Part shown: positions 1-10,320 of the stretch, one piece after another
Layout: each line of letters opens with the position of its first letter
How positions within the stretch are numbered: position 1 is the stretch's first letter
DNA from: Octopus bimaculoides
Lineage: Eukaryota
NCBI RefSeq assembly: GCF_001194135.2
Contig: NC_068982.1
Location: forward strand, 68,090,670 to 68,131,471
Reading direction: 5' to 3'
Length of the DNA: 40,802 bases
The notes under the pieces: generated by a model
What the model was told of the DNA's origin: nothing
Seen by the model: only the letters and a program-made list of their open reading frames with translations
The model's database searches: none
Program-made: the position numbers and the translations under genes

Positions 1-1
1 T

Positions 2-268
2 GATGTATCAATACCAGCAGATGACAACGTTTCTCGAAAAGAAATGGAAAAACTTTCAATATACAAAGACCTGGAAATAGAGATAACTCGAATGTGGAGT
101 CTAAAAACAGAAACAATTCCTATCATAGTAGGTGCCTTAGGTATAATTAAAAAATACTCAGACAAATACATAACAAAAATACCAGGACTTACAAATATAT
201 GTAACATACAGAAAATTGCACTACTGGGTACTGCACACATTCTACGCAAAACACTTTCAATACAGTAA
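2..268 (+). mobile_element. 3' end of ORF of an RLE-type non-LTR retrotransposon (R4/Dong-like), truncated by window start
   Basis: Frame open from nt 2: DVSIPADDNVSRKEMEKLSIYKDLEIEITRMW...IPIIVGALG...IQKIALLGTAHILRKTL. This matches the C-terminal restriction-like endonuclease region of R4/Dong-clade elements. It is followed by an ~80-nt 3'UTR and an A/(AAT)n run. Confidence 0.85.
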
Positions 269-348
269 ACATAAAAGCACCACAGCAAACCACAGCACAT
301 ACCCAAGGCGCACAGAGCTGCGCTCGGTAGTGAAGTGAAAGCACGTTA

Positions 349-524
<176 letters not shown>

Positions 525-527
<3 letters not shown>

Positions 528-655
528 GCTGGTAGGATCGTTAGCACTCCGGACAAAATGCTTAGAGGCATTTCGTCTGTCTTTATGTTCTGAGTTCAAA
601 TGCCGCCAATTTCGACTTTGCCTTTTACCCTTTCAGAATCGATGAGCACGGTTGC
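525..655 (+). mobile_element. tRNA-derived SINE, family B (5' part)
   Basis: gcgagctggtaggatcgttagcactccggacaaaatgcttag...ctgagttcaaat...gactttgcctttt; B-box-like gagttcaaa; homologous copies throughout the window. Confidence 0.8.
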
Positions 656-861
656 GAAGCGAATTTTCTTAGCCACTCAATTAGACCGGCGTCCAAAAAA
701 CTAATCAAAACAGATTTCGATTTGCTGATCGGGAGGGATCACAATGCGAAAGACCTGGCTTTGTTGCCTTCTAATACGACCAGATGTTACGACTCGCGTG
801 TCACCAGACAAACACATACATAAACGTGTGTGCTCAGGGACACGCATGCGCATGCGCACAT

Positions 862-901
<40 letters not shown>

Positions 902-918
902 GCTCATACACACACACG
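862..918. repeat. (CA)n microsatellite
   Basis: Directly visible. Confidence 0.97.
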
Positions 919-1159
919 CATATATTGATTAATCCGAGACTACACCAGAAATCATCCAATATATGCATTGCACTCTGGGATCGAACCTAAAACCCCATGG
1001 CTCTTCCGATATGTCCCCCACCCCACCTTACATTTATGTATTTCAATTATCCTTCTCCTTCACTCTATTCCAGCTCTCTTTAGCCAATGCAACACTACAT
1101 CTCCTACTTATTCACTTAAAGGTTTGTTCTTTTCTTTATGTATTCATAAAGCGAATTTT

Positions 1160-1620
1160 TAACCCGGGTCCTTAGTAGAAAACCGGCAAGTGGCGGGATA
1201 AGACTACGTTCGGGTCCCGGGGTAAAGAGAAGTTCACTCAAAATTCTAAGAAGCTGTGTTTTTGTGTAAGGGGAGGGGTTATTTTAGGAAGGAGCCTTGC
1301 AGATTGTCACGGATCCCCTTCATAATAGCTCTCCGGGTCTCCGAACGGCGTACCGTCTACCCCGCCTTTTTACAAGATTTAGCTATGCTTGCGCATTAAT
1401 TATAATATATCACCATGGATAGGACAGTAACGCAGCTAGAATATGCCGCCGTTCGGAACAGCCCTTGAATCTGTTCCCCACCCGGACCCCCAGGCCTATA
1501 CAATCCGTTATAGCAGCCCCAAAAGTACTGCCCCATAAAAGCGTTGCTCGAAGCAGACCGTACCCCTCGTACCACCACTTCATCCACCCTAGCTACGCTA
1601 CAAGGGTAAGGGCGGCATTA
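1160..1620. other. GC/CpG-rich island with nested inverted repeats, origin unknown
   Basis: Visibly more GC- and CpG-rich than its flanks. Inverted repeats tccgaacggcg 1340-1350 / cgccgttcgga 1446-1456 and atgccgcc 1443-1450 / ggcggcat 1611-1618. Donor-like AGG|gtaagg at 1606. Confidence 0.5.
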
Positions 1621-3230
1621 AATGTATAGAGACTTGGCTGTGAGTTAATGAAGATCTTTTCCTCAAGTATCAAAAGGGAAAGTTCGATACTATTTTACTG
1701 GTGATTATTTTAACGACACAGGAAAAGCGAAAGGGAAATTATCCAGCTGAGATCAGATGCTAAAAATGTAGGGAGAACGAGGATTGTAAAGTTCGGGTTT
1801 ACTTCTAAAACAGTAGAGAAAAAGTATTGCATTTTATTTCTTTTTTTTATTATTTTTCCCCCCACGAGGATCGAAACTGCATCACTTAAACCTGAAGAAT
1901 GCATTAATCCTGCTCTGGGCTTCTAGCCCATCTGTTTACGAAATAAATACTCGAATACATCTACTTCAGCACGAACGCCCACTATACCAAGTAAAACTAA
2001 TAAAGAATTTTGTGACGAGTTTGTTGATCTAGCTTCGATTATCAATCGAAGCTATTCACTTAGATCACTAAATCTCTTTTTAAGCATGATCATAGATATA
2101 TTTTTGTTTTCTCCTCTCGAATCGAAAGCTTTGAGTTCTAAGTAATAGACAGTCGTTTTTAATTTTTCATAGATACATTAATACGTAACATTAAAAATAA
2201 AAACAGAAAACACAGTTTAGAAATTAAAAACAAAATTTTGGCTGCTATTCTTGTCGTAACTGCAGTCGATCCTGACTTAGTGACCCCCATCTCACATAGT
2301 TCTTACGATATGTAAACAAAATATTGTATTAGGTTAATATTCCTTCTACTCTCTATATTTATGTTTCACTGATCCCGCTCCCTCACTCTGTTTCAATTCT
2401 CTCTTTTTATCAATCTATATATTACCCACTTACTCATTTTAGTCGTTCATTCTTTTCTTAATGTATTCATGTAACCTTCCACCAAGGAATCCTACCTTGA
2501 CCTGTTTTGTAATACCAATTATGGTCCGATCGCATCACTATTTGTAACCAAGTGCATATCACTACGCACTCTCACGTTTTCAATGTTACAACTCACGTGT
2601 TCGGACACGGTTTTATTTTTGTTCATTAAATTTAAAATGTCACTCATTAAAATTCAGCGAAATTAAATCCTACTCACTGTTCATATCACATAACACTCGT
2701 TTCAACTAGCTTCGGTGCTTCAGAAGTGTTACTTTAACGCGATAACCTAGGAACTATTTCTATCACAGCGGAGCTTCATGCCATTGAAGAAAGTGTCTGA
2801 AAGTGAAATGTTTGTAAAGAACTTGACGAGTTATGTACAAGTTACGAGTACTTGCGCACACACACACATGAAACGTTAGAGCTGTCATTTATGTCAGCTA
2901 AATATTTTCATACCGTATCGGAAGTGATCACTGCTCAAAAAATAACTTCGGAAAACCAAGCTGGAAGACAAAAGTTATGGGATAAACCGTAAGTTGAGAA
3001 ATCTCTACATTTCTTACTTTCCATAACAGAAAATATTTCACTCGGAAATCGATGTTTGTTTACGGATAAATTAACAAACTCATCATCAACTTCATTCTTC
3101 TAATCAAATGTAACTTTTTTTTTTTTTTTTTTTTTTTTTTCTTTGAAGCTTACTCTTATTAAAATCCCACTCTGAAGCTACTTCAACTTGTTAAATGTAT
3201 ATGAAAACAAAATAAAGTACCTTTTTAATG

Positions 3231-3288
3231 TTGAATGTTCCTATCAATGAAGTGTTTAATATTGAATGTTTCTATCAATGAAGTGTTT
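3231..3288. repeat. Short tandem duplication (27-nt unit, ~31-nt period)
   Basis: ttgaatgtt(c/t)ctatcaatgaagtgttt occurs twice with one mismatch. Confidence 0.9.
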
Positions 3289-4529
3289 CCTTAACGTGAC
3301 AGCCTTGTTAATATTATTCATACATAAATATTGTAAATATTTTCTAACAGATCTCTGTATGAATAATGATTCCTAAAATAACATTATTGAGATTTCAGTT
3401 CTCGATGAAATTCACCATGAACCGGTTTCGATTCCTACGTGAAAATAATTAAACTTTATAATCAACAGTAGTCATCGATACACTACAATATCAACATTTC
3501 GTTGATATTGCAGTGTAATGTTGTTACATCACAAAGACAACAGCTCTTTACTTTAATGTGTTATCATAATACAAAAACTAAAAGACTGTTTTGTTTTTTA
3601 ATGCGTGAAATAGTATCACAAAGGATAAGGGTGCGTAAGGTAGCCCTCTCGCTTCAGCTTGTCAGCTAAAAGGACATGAGACCTCTCAGCAGCAGTGCAT
3701 TAGCTCCCATTCAAGTAAGCCCTTGAATGTAATCGTAACAGTTAGCAAACCCCGTTCTCTTTATCGTAGTCTGTCCCATTAACGTTCCTGTCACACACAC
3801 ACACGCATTTTCAGTTCACACTGCACTTTCACTTTCTTTCTTTCTATCTATCTATCTAGCTATCTATCTATTTCGTACTGATATACGTACATCTGTCCCA
3901 CGAACGTTACATCATATTCGTTTATTTCTCTTGGTGTACAGACTTCTCATATTCACTCTGAAATACATTGTTATTACACTGACACATTTTTTTTTTCTCT
4001 TCATCATAAAAACGTACAAGTACCACTACCCCTCTGTTTTATTCTATTTTTTTTTTATCCTTCTTCTACTGACATATTACTCTCTTTTTATTTATTATGA
4101 CCTCTCGCACGAGTACACACTTTTCGAAGTCTGGCTTAATATCTGTTCTCCCACTAAATCTCGTTTAAACTTACTACTTTGAGTTATGATTCCGATGTAA
4201 GTAATCTTTCGTTATGAGGTCATTCATAAAAGGTTATTGCACTGTAAATAAGAGTAATAGTGCTCTCTTGCATTCCATATGAATGGCTCTCTTTAGATCA
4301 CTTGTACTATTGTTTAATTTTTCAAAATGGAGTGTCAACATGAAAGAAAATAATAAACAAATACAAGATCTTTTAAGTTTGTTCGTCATATCTTCTAACT
4401 GAATGATAGAAAGTAAAAAAAAAATAAAGTAAACAAAAGACTGAGGCAACGAAATGTCTACGAGAATGTTGACAGACAATAACAAATGCTCTACATAGAC
4501 AAGATCTATGACATTGGGTAGAAGAGACA

Positions 4530-4885
4530 AAGGCACGCAAAATCGTTAGAGCCTGGGACAAAATAGTTTGAGGTATTTGTTTCGGCTCTCTGCACTTACG
4601 AGTTCAAACCCCACCGAAGTCAACTTTATCTTTTCGGCTACCAATTAAGAGTGCTGGATTAGTAGAATTGTTAGAGCATCAGACGAGATGTCTTGTGAGA
4701 TTTATCTGGCTTTCTGCGCTCTGAGTTCAAATCTCGTGGAGGTCAATTTTACTGGGAGGTGGGGGTGGGGTGATAAAATAAAACTCCAGATCAAGGTGAT
4801 GGATCAGCAGAAATGTTAGAACATAGGACAAGGTGCCTTGTGATATTTATTCCGGTTGTTTATGCTTTGGGTTCTTGGGTCATAA
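4530..4885 (+). mobile_element. Three degenerate head-to-tail family B SINE heads
   Basis: Repeated gttaga(g/a)c...gaca/gacga...tattt...ggct...gagttcaaa pattern at about 4530, 4650 and 4800. Confidence 0.65.
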
Positions 4886-4899
4886 TTTTAATCTCTCAC

Positions 4900-5024
4900 C
4901 CGGTTTAGCATCACCACCACCAGCTGATCCTCGGCTTGCTGCCTTTGCCAGTGTTCATTCATTTTGTTGCAAGTATTCGGTTTGAGGAAAACTTCCTCCC
5001 TTCTTCCCACCAGCCTCTGAGACC
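4900..5024 (-). CDS. Candidate internal exon (125 nt), product unknown
   Basis: Acceptor ccattttgtttttcag| and donor CGG|gtgaga; purine-rich. One frame is fully open (SQRLVGRREEVFLKP...VVVMLNR). Splice-like pairs are expected by chance in this base composition. Confidence 0.3.
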
Positions 5025-5619
5025 CTGAAAAACAAAATGGTCATGGTCGCTACCCTTCCTTCCACGACTAAATCGAAAGAAAAGTATTAAATAAATAAAT
5101 AAATAAATAAATAGTGACATTAGAGAAATAGTTTCTAATTTTAGTATCGAAACTGGTTGTGGACTCGATTCGTGTAGAATATATTTCGTTGTCCCACCAC
5201 AGACTATAAATATGACAAGAAAAGATATTTTCTTCTTGCTTCACCGCCGGGCTATTTATTCTAAAATATATGCCTGATACGAAAGCTGACCAACGTGGTA
5301 GGGGTGAGGATATTTTGAATAAAGTACTGTCGCTCTTATACAGGGCATTGCTCTCATCGTATCTCATGTCTTGTCAGTCTCTTGTTTGTCTTTTTCATTG
5401 TAATTCTTATACTGACTGTTATGACTCCTTTATCTTTGGATGTCTGTGTGTGTGTGAGAGAGAGAGAGAGAGAGTGGGGGGAGTAATTGGACTAATGGAG
5501 CTGTAGGAAACACCCAATACAATATTTACGAATGACACTTGACACCTCAGAGGTAAAAAATATTACTGGGTTAATTTGTCACTATGAAGTTAAAAATTTT
5601 AACGCTTTAATATCACAAT

Positions 5620-5820
5620 CACAAAATTACGACCGCCGTATTAAAACACCTGTATATTCTCTGAAGAGGCATGAGTGTCCGAAATGCTGAATTTTCCACT
5701 CATAATAAATCAACTTACTGTTGGTTTTGGTTTTATCTAAGAACTTTTATGGGTTAACATTAACTGACACTGTCCACCTCCAGTTCTCTCGGATTTTGTA
5801 TCCTGTAACTGTGTCGAGTA
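5620..5820 (+). mobile_element. Penelope-like terminal-repeat fragment with degenerate hammerhead-like core
   Basis: ctgaaga-ggcatgagtgtcc-gaaa (5661-5684) followed by aataaa, the arrangement typical of PLE termini. Boundaries approximate. Confidence 0.45.
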
Positions 5821-5949
5821 TAAATATAAGTTGCTCATGTATAATTTATAATTGCATGAAACCACAATTGTTCTACTTATATCTTTATGGATGTAGACAA
5901 GTAGTGTTATTTTAGATTGGTACAATACAAGGGTGGATCTAATTGACTG

Positions 5950-6251
5950 ACCCGATATTAATAGATGTTCTGTATATTACAGTTCTATATTTAAGAGATG
6001 AGGAATTATGTACATTATTTACATTTGACAGATATTTGTCCTCATCTTGTTTTTTGTTAACACAACGTTTCGGCTGATATACTCTCCAGTCTTCATCAGG
6101 TGTCTTGGGGAAATTTCGAACCTGGTTTCTCATTCCTAAGGTATTTTTCGATGCTGTTATTATTATTCAGGTCACTGTCTGTAATCGAACTCGGAATCTT
6201 GGGGTTAGTAGCCCGCGCTCTTAACCACTACGCCATATGCCCACGGGCATA
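5950..6251 (-). mobile_element. tRNA-headed SINE with Penelope-like 3' body
   Basis: Minus strand: A box TGGCGTAGTGG, anticodon-arm-like CGGG-CT-ACT-AA-CCCC and B box GAGTTCGATT, then a body containing a hammerhead motif. Confidence 0.75.
6059..6104 (-). ncRNA. Minimal type I hammerhead ribozyme motif (Penelope-type)
   Basis: GACAC-CUGAUGA-A-GACUGG-agaguaua-UCAGCC-GAAA-CG-U-U-GUGUU: core boxes, stem II (one A-C mismatch, one extra A), palindromic ACGU stem III and stem I GACAC/GUGUU. Confidence 0.6.
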
Positions 6252-6279
6252 TATACAGGGCATTGCTCTCATCGTAATC

Positions 6280-6360
6280 TGTGTATTTTATCGATCTCGA
6301 GGAGACAGATGAAAGTTAAAAGTCGAATTTATCGGAATTCAAACTGAAAACTGTTTACCG
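6280..6360 (-). mobile_element. Degenerate family B SINE fragment
   Basis: ttttatcgatctcga...gatgaaag...aagtcga...ggaattcaaact is the reverse complement of the family B core. Confidence 0.6.
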
Positions 6361-7509
6361 TCTAACCTACCACTTATTTCAATCTTTCTACTACCCAACT
6401 ACATTAAATGATGTGGTATAATTATTGAAAATTGTTCAACATTCCGTGTGTGTGTGTGTGTTATTGATTTACTTAACCATTCATTATATTATATCAGTGT
6501 ACATTTGTGATATGTGTATACTTATCTAATCGTAGTATTGATATTTTGATTGTCTTTATAATTTGTGTTTTTTCTGGGGGGGTTTTTTGTTTTGTTTTTT
6601 TTTGTATTTTGTATCACTGTAGATATGCTTGTCTAATGTAATCGGGTTACAAGAAATATTTTTGTTCTTAGTTTCTCTGATCGTCTGTGCCTGTTGATTC
6701 GTGATGGCGAAAGGCATTGTTATGTTCATCCTATATGCCAGCAATGCCTGTACATCTATCCCTCAATAGAGCCCTACCACTGCTCATAATACTTTAACAC
6801 GTAAATGCATATTTTTAATGTTGTTGTTGTTATTTCCGTGTAAGTTATTCTACTGATGCGAATCGACCTATCGGTTGACTTTAAAACGTTTCTGTTTCCT
6901 CCAGTCGATCGATTTGCCAACCACCTGCTGATGGAAATTACAGTTATATATAAATGTTCAGTGTCCGGAAATCGACTCTTGGATAATCGATCTATTAAAA
7001 GTAGACTCAACCTAAATTGTTCGATGCAATTGCCACACCGACCAAAGCAAAGCAACCTCATTACGTTCTTATACTTTATCTAACAAGGCGACTTACATAA
7101 CCGCAAGTGTTTATTAAACAATACAGTTTAGCTCTAGTTAAACAGATCTATAGCATGTTGTTGGCTTATAAAAATATTCAGTCGGTGTATATACCCGTGG
7201 CTATCCCATATATGGAAAGATTTGAAGATGGAATAGTGCTTATTAAAGTAAATTTAACTTGTAGGTTGAATAGTTAAGTAACTATGACAATGTTGCTTGT
7301 TCGGCAGATTTTTTTTCTTTTTTTAGTGCCATCTATGTCAAAGATTGTTAGGTTTGAGGCACTAAGAAGTTGTAAGACATTGATAAAATAAACTTTTGAA
7401 ACTAATGAAAAATTTAATCACAGACGACAGTTAGACGATAGCTGGTGTTTTCATTTTAAAATATTTGAAAAATCGATTCCTATTTCAAAACCAAACACAA
7501 ATAGATAAC

Positions 7510-7600
7510 CCATTCGAAAAGCTTGCTCCAAGAAACTTGCTTTCTTATGGCTATGATCTGTTGTGTCATCGCTAAAACTTCTTGTGAGACTGGTTTTTGA
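7510..7600 (-). CDS. Candidate internal exon (91 nt), product unknown
   Basis: Strong acceptor ttttttaatttttttatttattaacag|. Open frame SKTSLTRSFSDDTTDHSHKKASFLEQAFRM. Only a weak donor (TGG|gttatc). Confidence 0.25.
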
Positions 7601-7683
7601 CTGTTAATAAATAAAAAAATTAAAAAACTAAGTCGTAACAAATTGTTATTCACTTCTTTGCTGTAAATAAACAACAGCAATTA

Positions 7684-8237
7684 NNNNNNNNNNNNNNNNN
7701 NNNNNNNNNNNNNNNNNNNNNNNNNNNNNNNNNNNNNNNNNNNNNNNNNNNNNNNNNNNNNNNNNNNNNNNNNNNNNNNNNNNNNNNNNNNNNNNNNNNN
7801 NNNNNNNNNNNNNNNNNNNNNNNNNNNNNNNNNNNNNNNNNNNNNNNNNNNNNNNNNNNNNNNNNNNNNNNNNNNNNNNNNNNNNNNNNNNNNNNNNNNN
7901 NNNNNNNNNNNNNNNNNNNNNNNNNNNNNNNNNNNNNNNNNNNNNNNNNNNNNNNNNNNNNNNNNNNNNNNNNNNNNNNNNNNNNNNNNNNNNNNNNNNN
8001 NNNNNNNNNNNNNNNNNNNNNNNNNNNNNNNNNNNNNNNNNNNNNNNNNNNNNNNNNNNNNNNNNNNNNNNNNNNNNNNNNNNNNNNNNNNNNNNNNNNN
8101 NNNNNNNNNNNNNNNNNNNNNNNNNNNNNNNNNNNNNNNNNNNNNNNNNNNNNNNNNNNNNNNNNNNNNNNNNNNNNNNNNNNNNNNNNNNNNNNNNNNN
8201 NNNNNNNNNNNNNNNNNNNNNNNNNNNNNNNNNNNNN
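7684..8237. other. Assembly gap (554 N)
   Basis: Run of N. Confidence 1.
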
Positions 8238-8620
8238 AACACCCTAACTCTAAAACCCTACCCCTAACCCCCTAACCCTAACTGTAACTACAGAAATGTT
8301 TTGAAATTTTTGTCCGAATCATAATGTTCGTATTTTTCCGCATATTAAGGGGAAAAATTTCTTTAAAAAAAATTTTACCAAAATTTTTGGAAGTTTTTTT
8401 TCAGAATCATAATCTCCGTATTTTTCTGCATATTTTGAAAAAAAAAAAAAATTCTGAAAAAAGTAAAAAATGAAGGAAATGGGGGTGGGGTGGTAATTTA
8501 AGAATGCCGCTTTTTGCCAATTTTTTTGCAGATTCGTATTCCCCGTAGCTGAAAAGTGGGGTTTGTGTAAAAAGAAAAAATTTTTTTTTTTTAAGGGTGG
8601 TTTTGGGCGGAGGGAAGTCT
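8238..8620. mobile_element. Unclassified non-autonomous element with telomere-like (CCCTAA)n end and internal 31-nt direct repeat
   Basis: Degenerate ccctaa units at 8242-8282. gaatcataatgttcgtatttttccgcatatt (8316-8346) vs gaatcataatctccgtatttttctgcatatt (8404-8434). Confidence 0.5.
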
Positions 8621-9295
8621 TGCTGAGCTGACCAGCTGCCTGGGCTCCATTTATCTGTTTTTGACATGGTTTCTACGGCTAGATGCTCTTCCTAATTCCG
8701 ACCACTTTACAGAGTATCCTGGATGCTTTTTAACGTGGCACCGGCACGAGCGCTTTTACATGGCAACAACACGGGTGTTTTACGTAACACCTGCACCCAT
8801 AAGCCCGCCAGACTAGGTTCTCTCAACTGAGAGAGGGACATAGAAGACGTGCCTGTATGTATGGACGACCCCAATTTTACTTAGCTTGACGTAACTTCTC
8901 AAGCACTACAAACTGCCAGAAGTCTTGATCCCTTGTTATCTTCTCTGTGAGGCCCAACATCAGAAGATTCTTTCTCACCACTTCGTCCCACGTCTTTCTG
9001 AATCTACCCCTTCCACACGTTCCCTCCACAATTAGAAATCGGAACTTCTCGGTGCAGCTGCTCTCATCTATACACATCGCATGTCCATACCAGCACAGTC
9101 TTCTCTTTTGCACACTATATCTGATACCTTGTATACCCAATTTTTCTTTCAAATTACATTCTGTCATACATGCACACTGACATTACCCATCCAGCGGAAC
9201 ATACTAGTTTCATTTGTTTCAAGCCTTTGCATAGCCTCAGTAGTAACAATTCATGTATCATTGCTCAATGACACAACTTGCTGCCCATAATCTGG
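8620..9295 (-). mobile_element. 5'-truncated, degenerate RTE-clade LINE (end of ORF plus 3'UTR)
   Basis: AMQRLETNETSMFRWMGNVS then ...KRRLCWYGHAM...VEGTCGRGRFRKTWDEVVRKNLLMLGL...RDQDFWQ (ORF 8877-9167) is the typical RTE C-terminal domain; it carries stops and frameshifts. Confidence 0.9.
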
Positions 9296-10267
9296 GTCGC
9301 ATGCGTGCTCTAATGTTAAAACAAAACTTCCCTAATAGGTGAGTTTCAAAATGCAATTGACGCGTGCTTTTGAAATGCCTGTCAGACCAGCTGCTTGCTA
9401 AACAGATTATCTTAGAGATTGATGGAAAGTTTTCAGTGGCCTTTCTTCTCTCATGAACATCCTCGGTTCTTCAAAATATTGTTTGTGAACGTCTTGAACA
9501 ATTCCTTCTGCTTTTAAACTTATTTCTAATGAGAGCAATGGTTAGTCGCTTGCTGGATCAGTTAGAAAATCTTTGAGTCTACTACGTTCTCGTACTTCAG
9601 TGATACTTTAGAATAAATTTCTTCAAACCTTAGTGTTATTTCAACCTATGTTTATTGATCGGTGAGTTATAGGCTGTGAAAATATCCTTTTTTTTTTTTT
9701 TTTTTTTTTTGGTGGAGATACCCTGCAGCTCTAAGAATCAAAACTGAGTCGTAGACTCGGCCCACCAACATACCTACATCACAGTTTACCGTGATTCTGC
9801 CTTTGTTACTTAGACACTTTCCAAATATGACTAGCGGTTTTTTTTTTTTTCCTAGACGAAAGAAAAACGTTTTATGGAACTGAAACGGATGTTTTAACAT
9901 ATATGCATTCTTCAAAGATATTAGTGAATCGAGATAGTTTCAATCAAGCCACGACGGCACTCACCGTTTTGTAACCGCTTTCTAAAAATACTAAATAAAT
10001 AAATACATTAATCATTTAGTTGGCATGTGAACATTTGCTAACTCTACTCTAAAACACCTACTCGCACTTTCTCTTAATATTATCATACTCCACTTTGTAT
10101 TTCTACTCACACTTCTCCTCTTAATATCATCATACACAACCACTACCACCACAGTTTTTCTTGTTTATAGGTTTCACATAGTTTGATATTGTTTGGGTGC
10201 AGCAGCAGTGGTTTAAATCTGCACTACTTGGAATGTATATGCGTATGTGTAATTGTCATTTTGCGGA

Positions 10268-10285
10268 TTGTTGTTGTTGTTACTG

Positions 10286-10318
<33 letters not shown>

Positions 10319-10320
10319 TT
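10268..10320. repeat. (GTT)n(ACT)n microsatellite
   Basis: Directly visible. Confidence 0.95.

Noticed and set aside
1141-1200. Twister-ribozyme-like GCCGGU...AAG..CCCGG on the minus strand
   Set aside because: Lacks the CCC/GAGGG pseudoknot partners and P1.
1159-1200. TTAA-CCC possible piggyBac end, and CA-AG-TGGCG possible LTR primer-binding site
   Set aside because: No matching right TIR or second LTR in the window; no complementarity to a tRNA 3' end that I recognise.
1305-1378. TG...CA segment flanked by agat (solo-LTR-like)
   Set aside because: Only 70 bp; a 4-bp match is expected by chance.
5014-5030. ctgagaccct resembling miR-125
   Set aside because: Seed and remainder do not match; no precursor hairpin.
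6170-6250. tRNA gene
   Set aside because: Acceptor and T stems do not pair and it continues into a repeat body, so it is a SINE head rather than a functional tRNA.
7646-8242. 198-aa ORF
   Set aside because: Spans the N gap.
10176-10200. Similarity to miR-190 (gtttgatat...ttgg)
   Set aside because: Seed mismatch, no hairpin.
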